Assembly (NCBI GenBank): GCA_004556755.1
Contig: SFFW01000006.1
Span: 66,283-130,282, forward strand
From: Clostridiales bacterium
Lineage (GTDB): Bacteria > Bacillota > Clostridia > Oscillospirales > Oscillospiraceae
Reading direction: 5' to 3'
Length of the DNA stretch: 64,000 bases
Shown here: positions 16,744 through 26,814 of the stretch, piece by piece
Layout: each line of letters begins with the position of its first letter
Position numbering within the stretch: position 1 is the first letter of the stretch
The notes under the pieces: generated by a model
What the model was told of the DNA's origin: nothing
What the model saw: the letters and a program-made list of their open reading frames with translations, nothing else
The model's database searches: none
Translations under genes and position numbers: made by a program

Positions 16744-19059
16744 TTAATTCTGTCTTTTTCTCTGCGCCTCGGCGATGCGCACAAGGAGCCGAACGATCCC
16801 CTCCGGGACGCCGCCACAGATGCAGATGTTGCGGATGGAGCTACCGACGGCGCAGCTCATCATCATGCGGAAGGTGGGGTCCGACATATCCGGCTTGCAG
16901 CCGTTTTTGCTCGCAAGCAGCAGCGCCGCCGCCTTGTACAGCAGCCGCATCACGGGGGAGACGGGCATCATCTCCTCGATGCAGGTGTCAAGGTCGAAGC
17001 CCTTCTTGGGGCTTAAAAGCTCCGAGCGCTTTTTGCCCATGAGCTTTTCCCAGTCCGCAAGCGGCGGAGCGCCGCAGGGCTTTTCGTACCACGTTCCCGC
17101 AAGGGACGGGGCTGCGCTCTTCGTATTGCCGAACGCCGTGGGAGCATAGTCGAGGCTCAGTCCGCCGACGCACAGGCGATAAACGCCCTCCGGCACGACC
17201 CAGCCGCCGTTATTCCAAACGGCAAAGCTGCGGGAGCTTATTGGCAGGCTCACGCTTGCGCTCTCGCCGGGCTGTAATACCGGCTTTGCAAAGCCTTTAA
17301 GCTCACGCTTCGGTCTGAATATCTCCCCCTTGGGCGGCTCTATATAGAGCTGCACGACCTCGGCTCCGGGACACTCACCCGTGTTCGTGACGGTGACGGT
17401 GACGGACTTTCCGTCGCAGCTTAAGTCTGAGTAGGCAAAGCTCGTGTAGCTCAGCCCGTGGCCGAAGGGGAACAGCGGCTTTACACCGGAGGCGTCGTAA
17501 TAACGGTAGCCGACGAAAATGCCCTCACGGTACTCGGCGTCCCTCTCACCGTAGACCTCGGCGGAGGGGACATCCCCATACCTTACGGGCCAGCTCTCGG
17601 CAAGCTTGCCGGAGGGGTTTGCCTTGCCCGTCAGAAGGTCGATTATCGCTTCACCGCCCGCCTCGCCGGGCAGACCCATGTACAAAACGGCGTTCACGTC
17701 GTCTATCCACGGCAGCTCGACGACGCTGCCGCACAGCAGCACGACGACCGTGTTGGGGTTTGCCGCCGCCACCTCGGAGATCATGCGCAGGTGACCGTCC
17801 GGCATACGCATATCACGTCTGTCAAGCCCCTCGGACTCGTAGTCGTCGCAAAGTCCGGCAAAGACCACGGGGGTGTGAACGCTTTTCGCAAGCTCGACCG
17901 CCTCATGTATCAGCTTGTCGTCCGTGCTGCCGTCACTGCGGCAGCCCTCGGCAAAGGGGTAGTCTGCGCAGTCGATCGGATTTTTGAGGTCAAAGGGGTT
18001 TATGTGGCTTGAGCCGACGCCCTGATAGCGCAGCTCCTTTGCCATGTGACCTATCATGCAGGCGCTGCCTCGGAGCGGGAGCGCACCCTCATTTTTCATC
18101 AGCACGGCGCTTTCGGACGCCGCCCTGCGTGCAAGCCTGTGGTGCGCCATCATGTCGCAGGGAGCCTGCGTGACGCTCTCGGAGCGCAGGGCAAATTCGG
18201 CGACACGCTCGGCGTTTTTCTCAAGGTCGCTGCGGGAGAGTTCACCCCGGCGCAGCGCCTTCAAAACGGCGCTTTTGCCGTAGCCGCTGCCGCCGGGCAT
18301 CATCAGGTCGCAGCCGCTTTTCACGGCGGCGCAGCGGTCGTAGACCGCACCCCAGTCGGAAACGACGAAGCCCTCAAAGCCCCACTCGGAGCGCAGTATC
18401 TTTTGCAGCAGCCGACGGCTTTCGCCGGTATGCTCGCCGAGGAGCTTGTTGTAGCTCGACATCACCGCCCACGGCTTCGACTCCCGCACCGCAGTCTCAA
18501 AGCCCGCAAGGTAAATCTCACGCAGCGTGCGCTCGTCCATGAGACTGTCGGAGAAGAAGCGGCACTCCTCCTGCGAGTTCGCGGCAAAGTGCTTGATGCA
18601 GCTTCCGACGCCGACGGACTGCATACCCCTGACGAATGCGGCGGCAAGCTTACCGGAGACGTGCGGGTCCTCGGAGAAGTATTCGAAGTTTCGCCCGCAC
18701 AGGGGGTTGCGCTTTATGTTGAGTCCGGGACCGAGGACGAGCGACACGCCGGTCGCCCTCGCCTCCTCGCCTATCGCCTTGCCGATGTCGGATAGGAGTG
18801 AGGTGTCCCAGCTGCACGCAGTCGAGACTGCGGCGGGGAAGCAGGTGGCGGGGTCGGAGACGTTGATGCCGAGGTTGTCGGCGTCGTCCGGCTGGCGGCG
18901 AAGCCCGTGTGGTCCGTCGCACATCATGGCACTCGGAATGCCGTATTCGGGAAAGGCGGCGGTGTGCCAGCAGTCTGCGCCCTCGCACAGACGGAGAAGC
19001 TCGGAGTCGCTCATCTTCCCGACGGCGGCTTTTGCGCTGCGAATATGTTCGTTCGGCAT
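16744..19059 (-). CDS. glycoside hydrolase family 3 (beta-glucosidase-like)
   Basis: 771 aa. KHFAANSQE and the nucleophile context VVSDWGAV. C-terminal beta-sandwich region. Confidence 0.85.
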   Translation of the reverse strand: MPNEHIRSAKAAVGKMSDSELLRLCEGADCWHTAAFPEYGIPSAMMCDGPHGLRRQPDDADNLGINVSDPATCFPAAVSTACSWDTSLLSDIGKAIGEEARATGVSLVLGPGLNIKRNPLCGRNFEYFSEDPHVSGKLAAAFVRGMQSVGVGSCIKHFAANSQEECRFFSDSLMDERTLREIYLAGFETAVRESKPWAVMSSYNKLLGEHTGESRRLLQKILRSEWGFEGFVVSDWGAVYDRCAAVKSGCDLMMPGGSGYGKSAVLKALRRGELSRSDLEKNAERVAEFALRSESVTQAPCDMMAHHRLARRAASESAVLMKNEGALPLRGSACMIGHMAKELRYQGVGSSHINPFDLKNPIDCADYPFAEGCRSDGSTDDKLIHEAVELAKSVHTPVVFAGLCDDYESEGLDRRDMRMPDGHLRMISEVAAANPNTVVVLLCGSVVELPWIDDVNAVLYMGLPGEAGGEAIIDLLTGKANPSGKLAESWPVRYGDVPSAEVYGERDAEYREGIFVGYRYYDASGVKPLFPFGHGLSYTSFAYSDLSCDGKSVTVTVTNTGECPGAEVVQLYIEPPKGEIFRPKRELKGFAKPVLQPGESASVSLPISSRSFAVWNNGGWVVPEGVYRLCVGGLSLDYAPTAFGNTKSAAPSLAGTWYEKPCGAPPLADWEKLMGKKRSELLSPKKGFDLDTCIEEMMPVSPVMRLLYKAAALLLASKNGCKPDMSDPTFRMMMSCAVGSSIRNICICGGVPEGIVRLLVRIAEAQRKRQN

Positions 19060-19172
19060 AGTCTGACCTCCGTTCGGTTTTGGTTTGTTTCCATTATATT
19101 ATTGTCCTGCCTCCCCCGTCAAGCGCCGAAAATGCTCGGAAGTTGCACTTGATAGTATAGTTCACCGATAAC

Positions 19173-19250
19173 AAAAAACTCGGCAACACACAAAGTGCTG
19201 CCGAGTTTTTTGTGAAATGAGCGGTAAAGCCCTGCACCGCTCACTTTTTT
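19173..19250. terminator. two adjacent terminator hairpins
   Basis: AAAAAACTCGGCA..TGCCGAGTTTTTT (bidirectional) and TGAGCGGT..ACCGCTCACTTTTTT, between the glycan locus and the GH3 gene. Confidence 0.7.
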
Positions 19251-19264
19251 ACGACGTCATCTAC

Positions 19265-19836
19265 TCAGCTCTGAGTTGGCATGTCTTCTGCCAAATTGCA
19301 AATGATCTGAGAATGGTACAATTCATCAGAAACGTCCTGAATACACTCGTCCGTATTCCATTCGGCGGTATGTTTGCTATCGAGCTTTACTTTCTTGTGA
19401 ACCCCCATTTTGCACCATTCGTACTCTGAATCGACATGACCGAGATCTATCGCCCTATAGCCTTCCATCGCAAGCTCATAAGCCAAAATCTTTGCTGTCG
19501 GTCCAAGCATAATTAGAATTGTTTTGCCCTGACCATATTTTTTGACGCACTCTTTAATTCTCTCATAGTCAGAGTAAGCATTGTTTGGTGGGCATAAAAT
19601 GCGCTGAACTTCTTTTGATTCGGCGAACAGATCGTTGCCCACTCCGGACCTGGAGAAAATACCCTCTACAATAGAACTTCTCCGTCCCCAAAACGAACAA
19701 CAGACGAATTGTTTGATAGAATGTAATCCAAGGTTTCCTGATTGTTTTTCACTTTTAGCTGAAAAGTCGGCATTTGCTGGAACATTGTTTTCAAGTATTT
19801 TTTTGCTAAACGAATGCTTTTTGATAAGTTACTCAT
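19265..19836 (-). pseudogene. GT-D fold (DUF1792-like) glycosyltransferase, frameshifted
   Basis: N-terminal frame MSNLSKS...ETLDYILSNNSSVVRFGDGEVLL stops at TAG (19666-68). The homologous C-terminal part (LGPTAKILAYELAMEGYRAIDLGHVDSEYEW) continues in the -1 frame as the 125-aa track ORF. The frames rejoin if one nucleotide is restored near 19677. Confidence 0.65.
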
Positions 19837-19852
19837 ACACTTATCCCCACCT

Positions 19853-20833
19853 TTAATGGAATATTTTTTCTTTGAGCTTTCGTTTAAATGCGTTCGGATG
19901 CCGAATATACCAGCTTAATCTCTTTACTCTGCCTTTAAGCGGCTCTAAGTATATTTTGTCTTTTGAATATGAAACAATATCTTCCGTCGTCAGCTCTCGG
20001 TCAGCATTGATAAGTACATTAGGCACAAAATAGAAATGGTCGGAACCGTCGGTGACTTCATTTCTGATTTTTCTCTTTTGGAAATGTACATAGCCTATTT
20101 CACGCCTTTTTACGTTTCCATCGACAACCGTAAGCTCAAACAGCTTTCCGTTATTCCACTCAAAAACTCTGGGTATTATTTTGCTGCCGTCCTGAAAGAG
20201 CCTGAATCTGTAACTGTCGGGCATAATGTCGGCAACAAGGTCGGGGACTTGTTCAAGCAGGGGGAATCCGTTTTCTTTATAGATTCTGTTTATTGATGCG
20301 CTTTGATACATATCGTCAAAGCACATATTTTCTTGTGCAGTGAAAATGTCCCTGACGGTGAGCCCGTTGCGTTGCGGGACGGCATAGCGAGCGTTGTTTT
20401 CGGAGGTGTTTCGGAACAGGGTCAAATGACCGTATATATGTATCTTGTCATAAGCGTTAAGAATGTCGTCCGTCAAAAAGCGACTCAGATCGCCGAGTAT
20501 GGTATCACCGGAATCCGTATGCCCCCAAAAATCGTAGTCTGCGATATACTTATGAAAGATTTCGCCGAAGGCGGGTCTGTAGTCACATAGCTTGTAGCTG
20601 TATGCAAGAGCGACCTTAAAGTCAAATTGACTTTGTATCAACGCTTTGCATTCGTCCCAAGACATTGCGACAGGCAGCACGTTTGTGGGCAGCTTAAAGG
20701 AAAGTGCCGCATTGTCATCAGTAATAAGCAGAAAATCTATCGACGGGTTGGCGGCACAGGATTTAAGCCAGAGCTTATACTGTGCTTTGTCAATGGTTCC
20801 GAAATACGGACAGATAAAAACGATACTATTCAT
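19853..20833 (-). CDS. putative glycosyltransferase of an uncharacterised EPS-locus family
   Basis: 326 aa. FICPYFG, KLCDYRPAFG and DFWGHTDSGD motifs resemble proteins found in capsule/EPS loci (recalled from memory, unverified). GGAGG RBS. Confidence 0.55.
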   Translation of the reverse strand: MNSIVFICPYFGTIDKAQYKLWLKSCAANPSIDFLLITDDNAALSFKLPTNVLPVAMSWDECKALIQSQFDFKVALAYSYKLCDYRPAFGEIFHKYIADYDFWGHTDSGDTILGDLSRFLTDDILNAYDKIHIYGHLTLFRNTSENNARYAVPQRNGLTVRDIFTAQENMCFDDMYQSASINRIYKENGFPLLEQVPDLVADIMPDSYRFRLFQDGSKIIPRVFEWNNGKLFELTVVDGNVKRREIGYVHFQKRKIRNEVTDGSDHFYFVPNVLINADRELTTEDIVSYSKDKIYLEPLKGRVKRLSWYIRHPNAFKRKLKEKIFH

Positions 20834-20847
20834 TATCCGTAACCTCC

Positions 20848-22023
20848 TCAGCGAAACAATGAAGTGATGTCGTCCGATTGGTAAGAGATATATCTGGCAA
20901 GTACAAGTGCCAGTATGAGCGGAATGTAGGCGTAGTAGTCCATACCGGACTCGGTGTACGAATGCATGAGCAGCTCCATGAGAAAAGCAAGCGGTATCAG
21001 ATTCCGCACTCCGAGCAGATCCAAAAAGACTGCGATCAGAAACAGAGCGAACAAAATACCGCCGACGTAGCCGGACATGACCATGATCGTAAGAAATGTA
21101 TTGTGTGTTCCTAAGCTTTCACCGCTGTTGTCGTCCCAATAATCAAAGCCGCCGCCGAAGACCGGGTTTTCGTCGATCATATCCCATGCCTTGTCCCACA
21201 GCCTGCCTCGACCGGAGTCGTCGTTCAGGTCAAACAGACGCTCGCTGTTTGTTCCCTGCGCAAGGAGATACACCGCTTGAACGAAGAGAAGAGCGACAAG
21301 AACTATTGCAATTTTTGAAAAGACTCTCTTTTGTTGACCTTTTATGCCATTCATTGCCTGCCAAACGATAAGGACGATGCCGAGAGCAAGGGAGACAAAC
21401 GCACTTCGGCAGGCGAGTGCAAATACGGTAAAGGCACCCAGCGCCGCAATCGCAAAATAAACGAGCCTGTACAGCGGACGCCTTTTTTCATATACGATGC
21501 CTATTGCGGCACACAGCACGCCTGGGACACAGCCGAACGCAACGGTGTTGCGGTTGCAGGTGTGGGACAGGAAGCTGACGTGCATATCACTTCCGGCGTT
21601 TATGAGTCCGTTGTTTGAGTAAATGAGAATGACCGAAAGGATAAGCGCAGATGCGACGGCGGTGTTGAGCAGGAATTTGATCTCTCGTTTACCCCACACC
21701 CTTGACGATGCAAGGACAGAGAAGATCGCAAACAGGACGAGCGCAAGATAGTATTTGACGGAGCTTGCGGTTATCGGATTTATGAGCAGTATAAAGAGCC
21801 AGTACAGCAGCAGCACAAACTGCCACTTCTCGGAGCGCAGCACATAGCGCCTTGCCGGAAACAGAAGGCACACCAGAATAAACAGGGGGCGGAATATCTG
21901 CGTAAGGTTGCCGCTGAGTGCCGGAATAAATCCCAAAATGAGCATGAAGATCCCGCACAGCACAAGGCATGGCGGAGTTATGCGATCCGACAAATATTCA
22001 TTTTGAAGCCTTGGATCAGACAT
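20848..22023 (-). CDS. O-antigen ligase/polymerase (Wzy-like) membrane protein
   Basis: About 10 predicted TM helices with one large loop. ATG 22023 overlaps the upstream stop (ATGTCTGA coupling). The track ORF starts at GTG 22062. Confidence 0.7.
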   Translation of the reverse strand: MSDPRLQNEYLSDRITPPCLVLCGIFMLILGFIPALSGNLTQIFRPLFILVCLLFPARRYVLRSEKWQFVLLLYWLFILLINPITASSVKYYLALVLFAIFSVLASSRVWGKREIKFLLNTAVASALILSVILIYSNNGLINAGSDMHVSFLSHTCNRNTVAFGCVPGVLCAAIGIVYEKRRPLYRLVYFAIAALGAFTVFALACRSAFVSLALGIVLIVWQAMNGIKGQQKRVFSKIAIVLVALLFVQAVYLLAQGTNSERLFDLNDDSGRGRLWDKAWDMIDENPVFGGGFDYWDDNSGESLGTHNTFLTIMVMSGYVGGILFALFLIAVFLDLLGVRNLIPLAFLMELLMHSYTESGMDYYAYIPLILALVLARYISYQSDDITSLFR

Positions 22024-23125
22024 TTGTGTATTCCGTTCCTTCGTATATTTTTTGAAGCCCACTCGCCGTGGCGGATGCGTCGAAGCGCTGCTTTACGGCG
22101 GCGGCGCCGCTCATTGAGCGTTCGGGCGCAGAGAGCAGAGCCTTTGCCCAAACGCCGTCGTCTGCGCTCAGCGGCAGATACACCGCTCTGCCGTCGGCGT
22201 TCGTGTCCTGCGGCACAACGTCCGAGGCGACGCAGGCAAGACCGTTTGCCTGTGCCTCTATCATCGCCATGCCGAAGCCCTCGTAGCGTGACGGGAACAG
22301 GAAAACGTCCATCGCCTGATACATATTTTCAACGTCCCTGTGCGCCCCGGCAAAGACGACCCTGTCACCCAAGCCGAGCGCTTCGACGCTGCGGCGCACC
22401 TCGTCCTCGTTTTCGCCGTCGCCGACCAAAAGCAGGGCGGCGTTTTCCCGGTTTTTCGACAGCTCGGCGAACACGGAGAGTATCTTTTCGTGATTCTTCG
22501 CCGGGTTAAAATGCCCGACATGACCCACGACGAATTTGTCATCAAGCCCGTAGTCTGCACGGACTCTTTCACGCACCTCGGCATTGAATGCAAAGCGCTC
22601 GCAGTCGATGCCGTCCGGCATGACGAGCGTTCTGCCATCGCTCATGGAGCGCGCGCCGAACACATAGCGGCACGCCTTTTCGGAGCAGCCGAGCATCAGC
22701 GTGGCGTTTTTGCGGATGAGATGCCGCATCGCCGTGCGATACGCCCTCCGCAGAAGGGACGAGCCTTCGCCCGTGTCGGCGTTGTGGGCGTGGGCGATCC
22801 TGACGGGAACGCCGCAGCGTTTCGCCGTTTTCAGTACAAGCCCGGAGTAGAAAAACACATGGCTGTGCACGGCGTCGAAGGGGCCGTCCTCCGTGAGGAC
22901 ACGGCGCAGACCTTCGCACAGGCTGAGCTCCGGCGAAAAGTAAAATGTCCTGCCGCCGAGAGAGCGGGCCTCGCTGTCCGACATGGACTCCTGCCCTGAG
23001 GTGAGCGCAAAATCAAACTGCACCTTCGACCTGTCTATGCGGCGGTAGGCGTTCATCACGAAATTCGCCACGCCGCCGGAGTCGAGAGCCGCAAAAACGT
23101 GAAGAACTCTTTTAGGCTCCGACAT
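22016..23125 (-). CDS. glycosyltransferase family 4
   Basis: GT-B fold. N-terminal RVLHVFAALDSGGVANF, C-terminal EGFGMAMIEAQANGLACV (EX7E). ATG 23125 after AGGAGG. Confidence 0.85.
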   Translation of the reverse strand: MSEPKRVLHVFAALDSGGVANFVMNAYRRIDRSKVQFDFALTSGQESMSDSEARSLGGRTFYFSPELSLCEGLRRVLTEDGPFDAVHSHVFFYSGLVLKTAKRCGVPVRIAHAHNADTGEGSSLLRRAYRTAMRHLIRKNATLMLGCSEKACRYVFGARSMSDGRTLVMPDGIDCERFAFNAEVRERVRADYGLDDKFVVGHVGHFNPAKNHEKILSVFAELSKNRENAALLLVGDGENEDEVRRSVEALGLGDRVVFAGAHRDVENMYQAMDVFLFPSRYEGFGMAMIEAQANGLACVASDVVPQDTNADGRAVYLPLSADDGVWAKALLSAPERSMSGAAAVKQRFDASATASGLQKIYEGTEYTNV

Positions 23126-24305
23126 CCCGTGCCTCCTTTGCAAATTCGCCGTAGAAGCTGCGGCGGCGTTCCGTGAGCTTTTCCCTATCGAAATCCTTTG
23201 CACGCTCAAAGTTTGCCTTTGCCGTTTCGCAAAGTCGGTCGGGCGTGAGGTCGGAGAGCATTTTCACTATTGCCCGAACGTCGCCCCGACCGAAAATCGC
23301 CGTCTCGCCTACAAGCTCCGGCATACCTCCCGTTTTGGAGACCAGACAGGGCAGACCCCGGCTCATCGCCTCGACGACCGCCCTCGGCAGACCCTCCTGA
23401 AGGCTCGGCTGTATGTAAACGTCCAGCCCGTCGAGCCATGCAAACATTTTGTCGTGCGGCAGACTGCCCTCAAAGATCACCTGATCGGAAACGCCGAGCC
23501 TTTCCGCAAGCTCACGCAATGCGGTGTTGTCGCCGCCGCCGGCGAGGTGATACTCAAAGCGGGTGTCGCCCTGCTCCCTGAGCATATGCAGAGCCTCGAT
23601 CACAAAGCGCTGCCCCTTAAACGCAACGTTTACCGCAGCGCCGGTGCCGAGCTTTATCCTTTCGCCCATACCCGATATTTTGTCGAGCCTGCGGTGCAGC
23701 ACCTCGTCGTCTGCGGGGATAAGCTCGACGTCGGATATTGCGGCGCTCCTGCCCTCGGTGGGGTATCTGCGCTGCAAAAACTCCTCCGTGACGTACACGG
23801 AAAAGGGAGCGTGCTTCATCGTGCGGCGCATCCGAAGGTAGCTGAACGGAGCAAGGAGCTTACCGAACAGACTGTGATTCCACAGGCTGTCCCACGGGCA
23901 GCCGACCGCCTCGACCAAAAACGGCTTTCCGATCCTGCGGCAGTATTTTGCCGCTATTGCGCCGCTGTAGGACGACATTCGTATGACGACCGCACGGTCG
24001 GGTGTGATGTTTTCCTCAACGGTCTTTTTTATCTGCCGCCGAAGCCTGAGACTCAAAAACGAGCGTATGCCCGAAAGCGTATTCGGAATAAAAACGACGC
24101 TTATGCGCTCCGAGCTTATGCGGTTCATCCTGCCGAGCGCCTCGGTGTCGTCGGGGCGAACATCCGCCCTGCGCATGATGAGGGTCAGCCTGTCGAAATG
24201 TTCAAGGTAGCGGTCAAAGACCTCCTGCGAAAAGGCGGAGCCGACGTAATAGTTGCCCTCCGAGTCCTGCGCCACCTTGTCGTCGTATACAAACAAAAGC
24301 TCCAT
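23112..24305 (-). CDS. glycosyltransferase family 4
   Basis: C-terminal QEGLPRAVVEAMSRGLPC (EX7E-like). 397 aa. Confidence 0.8.
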   Translation of the reverse strand: MELLFVYDDKVAQDSEGNYYVGSAFSQEVFDRYLEHFDRLTLIMRRADVRPDDTEALGRMNRISSERISVVFIPNTLSGIRSFLSLRLRRQIKKTVEENITPDRAVVIRMSSYSGAIAAKYCRRIGKPFLVEAVGCPWDSLWNHSLFGKLLAPFSYLRMRRTMKHAPFSVYVTEEFLQRRYPTEGRSAAISDVELIPADDEVLHRRLDKISGMGERIKLGTGAAVNVAFKGQRFVIEALHMLREQGDTRFEYHLAGGGDNTALRELAERLGVSDQVIFEGSLPHDKMFAWLDGLDVYIQPSLQEGLPRAVVEAMSRGLPCLVSKTGGMPELVGETAIFGRGDVRAIVKMLSDLTPDRLCETAKANFERAKDFDREKLTERRRSFYGEFAKEARDVGA

Positions 24306-24317
24306 AAGTTCCCCCGA

Positions 24318-25433
24318 TCAGCGGTTTATGTACTCAACGGTGCGAGCAACGACCGCTTTTTTGTCAAAGAGCGCTTCCATGCGGCGGCGTCCCGCAAGAC
24401 CCATGTCCCGTCGCTCCTCCGGCGTAAGCTGCGCAAAGCGGCGCAGAGAGATAAGCAGCGCCTCGGCGTTTCTGCTTTCGCAGAGGTAGCCGCTTACGCC
24501 GTCCTCGACCGCCTCCATGCAGCCGGGAATTGCACTTGTTATAAGCGGTCTGCCGGAGGACGCCGCCTCCAGCAGCACGTTTGACATACCCTCGTGGTAC
24601 GAGGGCAGCACCACGCAGCCGGACATTGCGTAAAACGGTCTCATGTCCGACTGATAGCCGTGGTATTTGACGATGCCGGACTGCTCCAGCTCGTCCATGA
24701 GAGGCTTGTAGCTCTCCTCAAAGGAGCCGACGAAGTGGAACTCCACCCCGTCGCCGTACTCCTGCTTCATCTGCTTTGCGGCGTAAAACAGCTCGTCGAC
24801 GCCCTTCTCGTGCATGACACGCCCCACGAACAAAAAGCGCAGCGGCGCATCCTGCGGATAGGCTGCGCAAGGGAAGTCGTCCAAGTTAACGCCGGCACCG
24901 TGCAGAACTGCGTCCCGACCCTGAGGTACGACGCCGGTGGCGACGAGATCGTCCCGATTTCCGACGTTTTCAAAGAACACGGTCTTTGCGCCGGCGAGGG
25001 CGGGTCTGTAGAGTGCCAGCACGAATTTTCGGAGCAGACCGCCGTTTTCGAGGGCGCTGCCGAGGCCCGTGATGTTCACGGCATACGGAACGTGCGCCAT
25101 GCGGCAGGCAAGCCCGCCGTAGACGTTCGGCTTTACGGTGTAGGTCAAAACGAGGTCGGGCATTACCGCACGCAGTATCTTCCGATAGCGGCGGAAAAGC
25201 TTTGCGTCATGCACGGGGTTCATCCCACGACGGTCGACGGGCGTGTCGATAAAGCGGCAGCCGATCTGCACAAGCTCCGGAACAAAGCCGCCGTCCGGCA
25301 GGGAAATGTACACCTCGTTGCCTGCGATCAAAAGCTCCGCAAGCAGATCCTTGCGAAAGCGATACAGTCCGACGTCGTTGTTGGCAAGTATAAGGATACG
25401 TTTATTTGATTTTTCTTGCGGGGACTCCGACAT
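24318..25433 (-). CDS. glycosyltransferase family 4
   Basis: HEGMSNVLLEAASSGRPLI motif. ATG 25433 overlaps the end of the acetyltransferase gene. Confidence 0.8.
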   Translation of the reverse strand: MSESPQEKSNKRILILANNDVGLYRFRKDLLAELLIAGNEVYISLPDGGFVPELVQIGCRFIDTPVDRRGMNPVHDAKLFRRYRKILRAVMPDLVLTYTVKPNVYGGLACRMAHVPYAVNITGLGSALENGGLLRKFVLALYRPALAGAKTVFFENVGNRDDLVATGVVPQGRDAVLHGAGVNLDDFPCAAYPQDAPLRFLFVGRVMHEKGVDELFYAAKQMKQEYGDGVEFHFVGSFEESYKPLMDELEQSGIVKYHGYQSDMRPFYAMSGCVVLPSYHEGMSNVLLEAASSGRPLITSAIPGCMEAVEDGVSGYLCESRNAEALLISLRRFAQLTPEERRDMGLAGRRRMEALFDKKAVVARTVEYINR

Positions 25434-26016
25434 ATGTTCCGCTCTCCTTAATGTCCCGAATGACGACGGCGCCTGCACCGATGACGCAGCAGTCGCAGAC
25501 GGATATGTTGTTGCTGACGGTCGCTCCGATGCCGACCCATGTATGACGCCCTATCGACACCGTTCCGCCAAGCTTTGCGCCGACGGAAATGTGGGCAAAA
25601 TCACCGATGCGGTTATCGTGTTCCACGACCGCCGAGGTGTTTAAAATACAATGCTCGCCGATGCCGGCGGACGGATTTACGACGGCGTTTGCCATAACGA
25701 CGCTGCCGACGCCTATCTGCGTATCAAGCTCGGAGACGACCGCAGAAGGGTGTATCGCCGTGTACCAGCGCACGCCGCAGAGCCGCTGCGCAAGCGCTTC
25801 ACGAACCGAGGAGCTGCCGATCCCGATCACGAAAAAGGCGTCCGGGTATTTTGCGTAGTCCGAGACCTTGCCCAGCAGCGGAATGCCCGCAATTTCGGGC
25901 GGGAGCGCCTCGCCGTCGTCCAAAAAGCCGAGCGGCGTATCGCCGCTTCTGCGAACGATGTCCGCAATGACTTTTCCGTGACCTCCGGCGCCTATGATGA
26001 TGACCTCTTTATTCAT
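25402..26016 (-). CDS. NeuD/PglD-type sugar N-acetyltransferase (hexapeptide repeat)
   Basis: N-terminal Rossmann-like IIIGAGGHGKV followed by left-handed beta-helix repeats. Confidence 0.8.
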   Translation of the reverse strand: MNKEVIIIGAGGHGKVIADIVRRSGDTPLGFLDDGEALPPEIAGIPLLGKVSDYAKYPDAFFVIGIGSSSVREALAQRLCGVRWYTAIHPSAVVSELDTQIGVGSVVMANAVVNPSAGIGEHCILNTSAVVEHDNRIGDFAHISVGAKLGGTVSIGRHTWVGIGATVSNNISVCDCCVIGAGAVVIRDIKESGTYVGVPARKIK

Positions 26017-26647
26017 GCGTCACAGCCTCCGTTCCCGTGAATGCCTCCATTGTTGCAGAGCCTTCGGCGCTGATGCCCTCTCTGGCAAAAACGCAGTGAA
26101 CGGTCATAAATACGATCTTCACGTCGAGCGCAAAGCTCAGGTGGTCCACATAGTCCGTGTCGTAAGCAAAGCGCTCCTCCCACGAGGTGAGGTTACGTCC
26201 GTGTACCTGCGCCCAGCCGGTGAGACCGGGACGCACCTCGTGACGGCGGCGCTGCTCGTCGTTGTACAGCGGTAGGTATTTCACCAGCAGCGGGCGGGGT
26301 CCTATAATGCTCATGTTGCCGATGAGGATATCCCACAGCTCCGGCAGCTCGTCGAGACTCGTCGAGCGCAGAAAGCGGCCGAAGCGTGTAAGGCGCATTT
26401 CGTCCGGCAGCAGCTCGCCCTTGTCGTCCGTCTCATCGGTCATGCTGCGGAACTTGTGGAGCATAAAGACCTTCTCGTCCTTGCCGGGGCGGGGCTGCTT
26501 GAAGATCACGGGGCTGCCGAGCTTTATGCGCACCAGCAGAGCGACAACGGCAAACAGCCAGCAAAACAGGATGATAGCCGCCAAAGAGCAAAGGATGTCA
26601 AGCACACGCTTTATGTACTTTTCGTAAAAGCTTACTTTCCTCTCCAT
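26009..26647 (-). CDS. small (PglC-like) polyprenyl-phosphate sugar-phosphate transferase
   Basis: 212 aa. One N-terminal hydrophobic helix. PRPGKDEKVF, DELPELWDIL and PGLTGWAQVHGRN motifs of the bacterial sugar transferase family. Confidence 0.85.
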   Translation of the reverse strand: MERKVSFYEKYIKRVLDILCSLAAIILFCWLFAVVALLVRIKLGSPVIFKQPRPGKDEKVFMLHKFRSMTDETDDKGELLPDEMRLTRFGRFLRSTSLDELPELWDILIGNMSIIGPRPLLVKYLPLYNDEQRRRHEVRPGLTGWAQVHGRNLTSWEERFAYDTDYVDHLSFALDVKIVFMTVHCVFAREGISAEGSATMEAFTGTEAVTHE

Positions 26648-26737
26648 AATGCACCTTTTTAATACAATAATTCATTTTATTATAATACGGTACGACGTAT
26701 TAGTCAAACAAACAATACGGTTTTTGCGGAAGAAAAC

Positions 26738-26774
26738 GGAAAACGGTGTTTCCCATTGGGAAACACCGTTTTCC
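26738..26774 (-). terminator. terminator downstream of ferredoxin
   Basis: GGAAAACGGTGTTTCCC ATT GGGAAACACCGTTTTCC, U-rich on the minus strand. Confidence 0.75.
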
Positions 26775-26814
26775 GAAACAGCGGGCTTTCGCCGCACTCT
26801 TTATTCGTCAAGAA

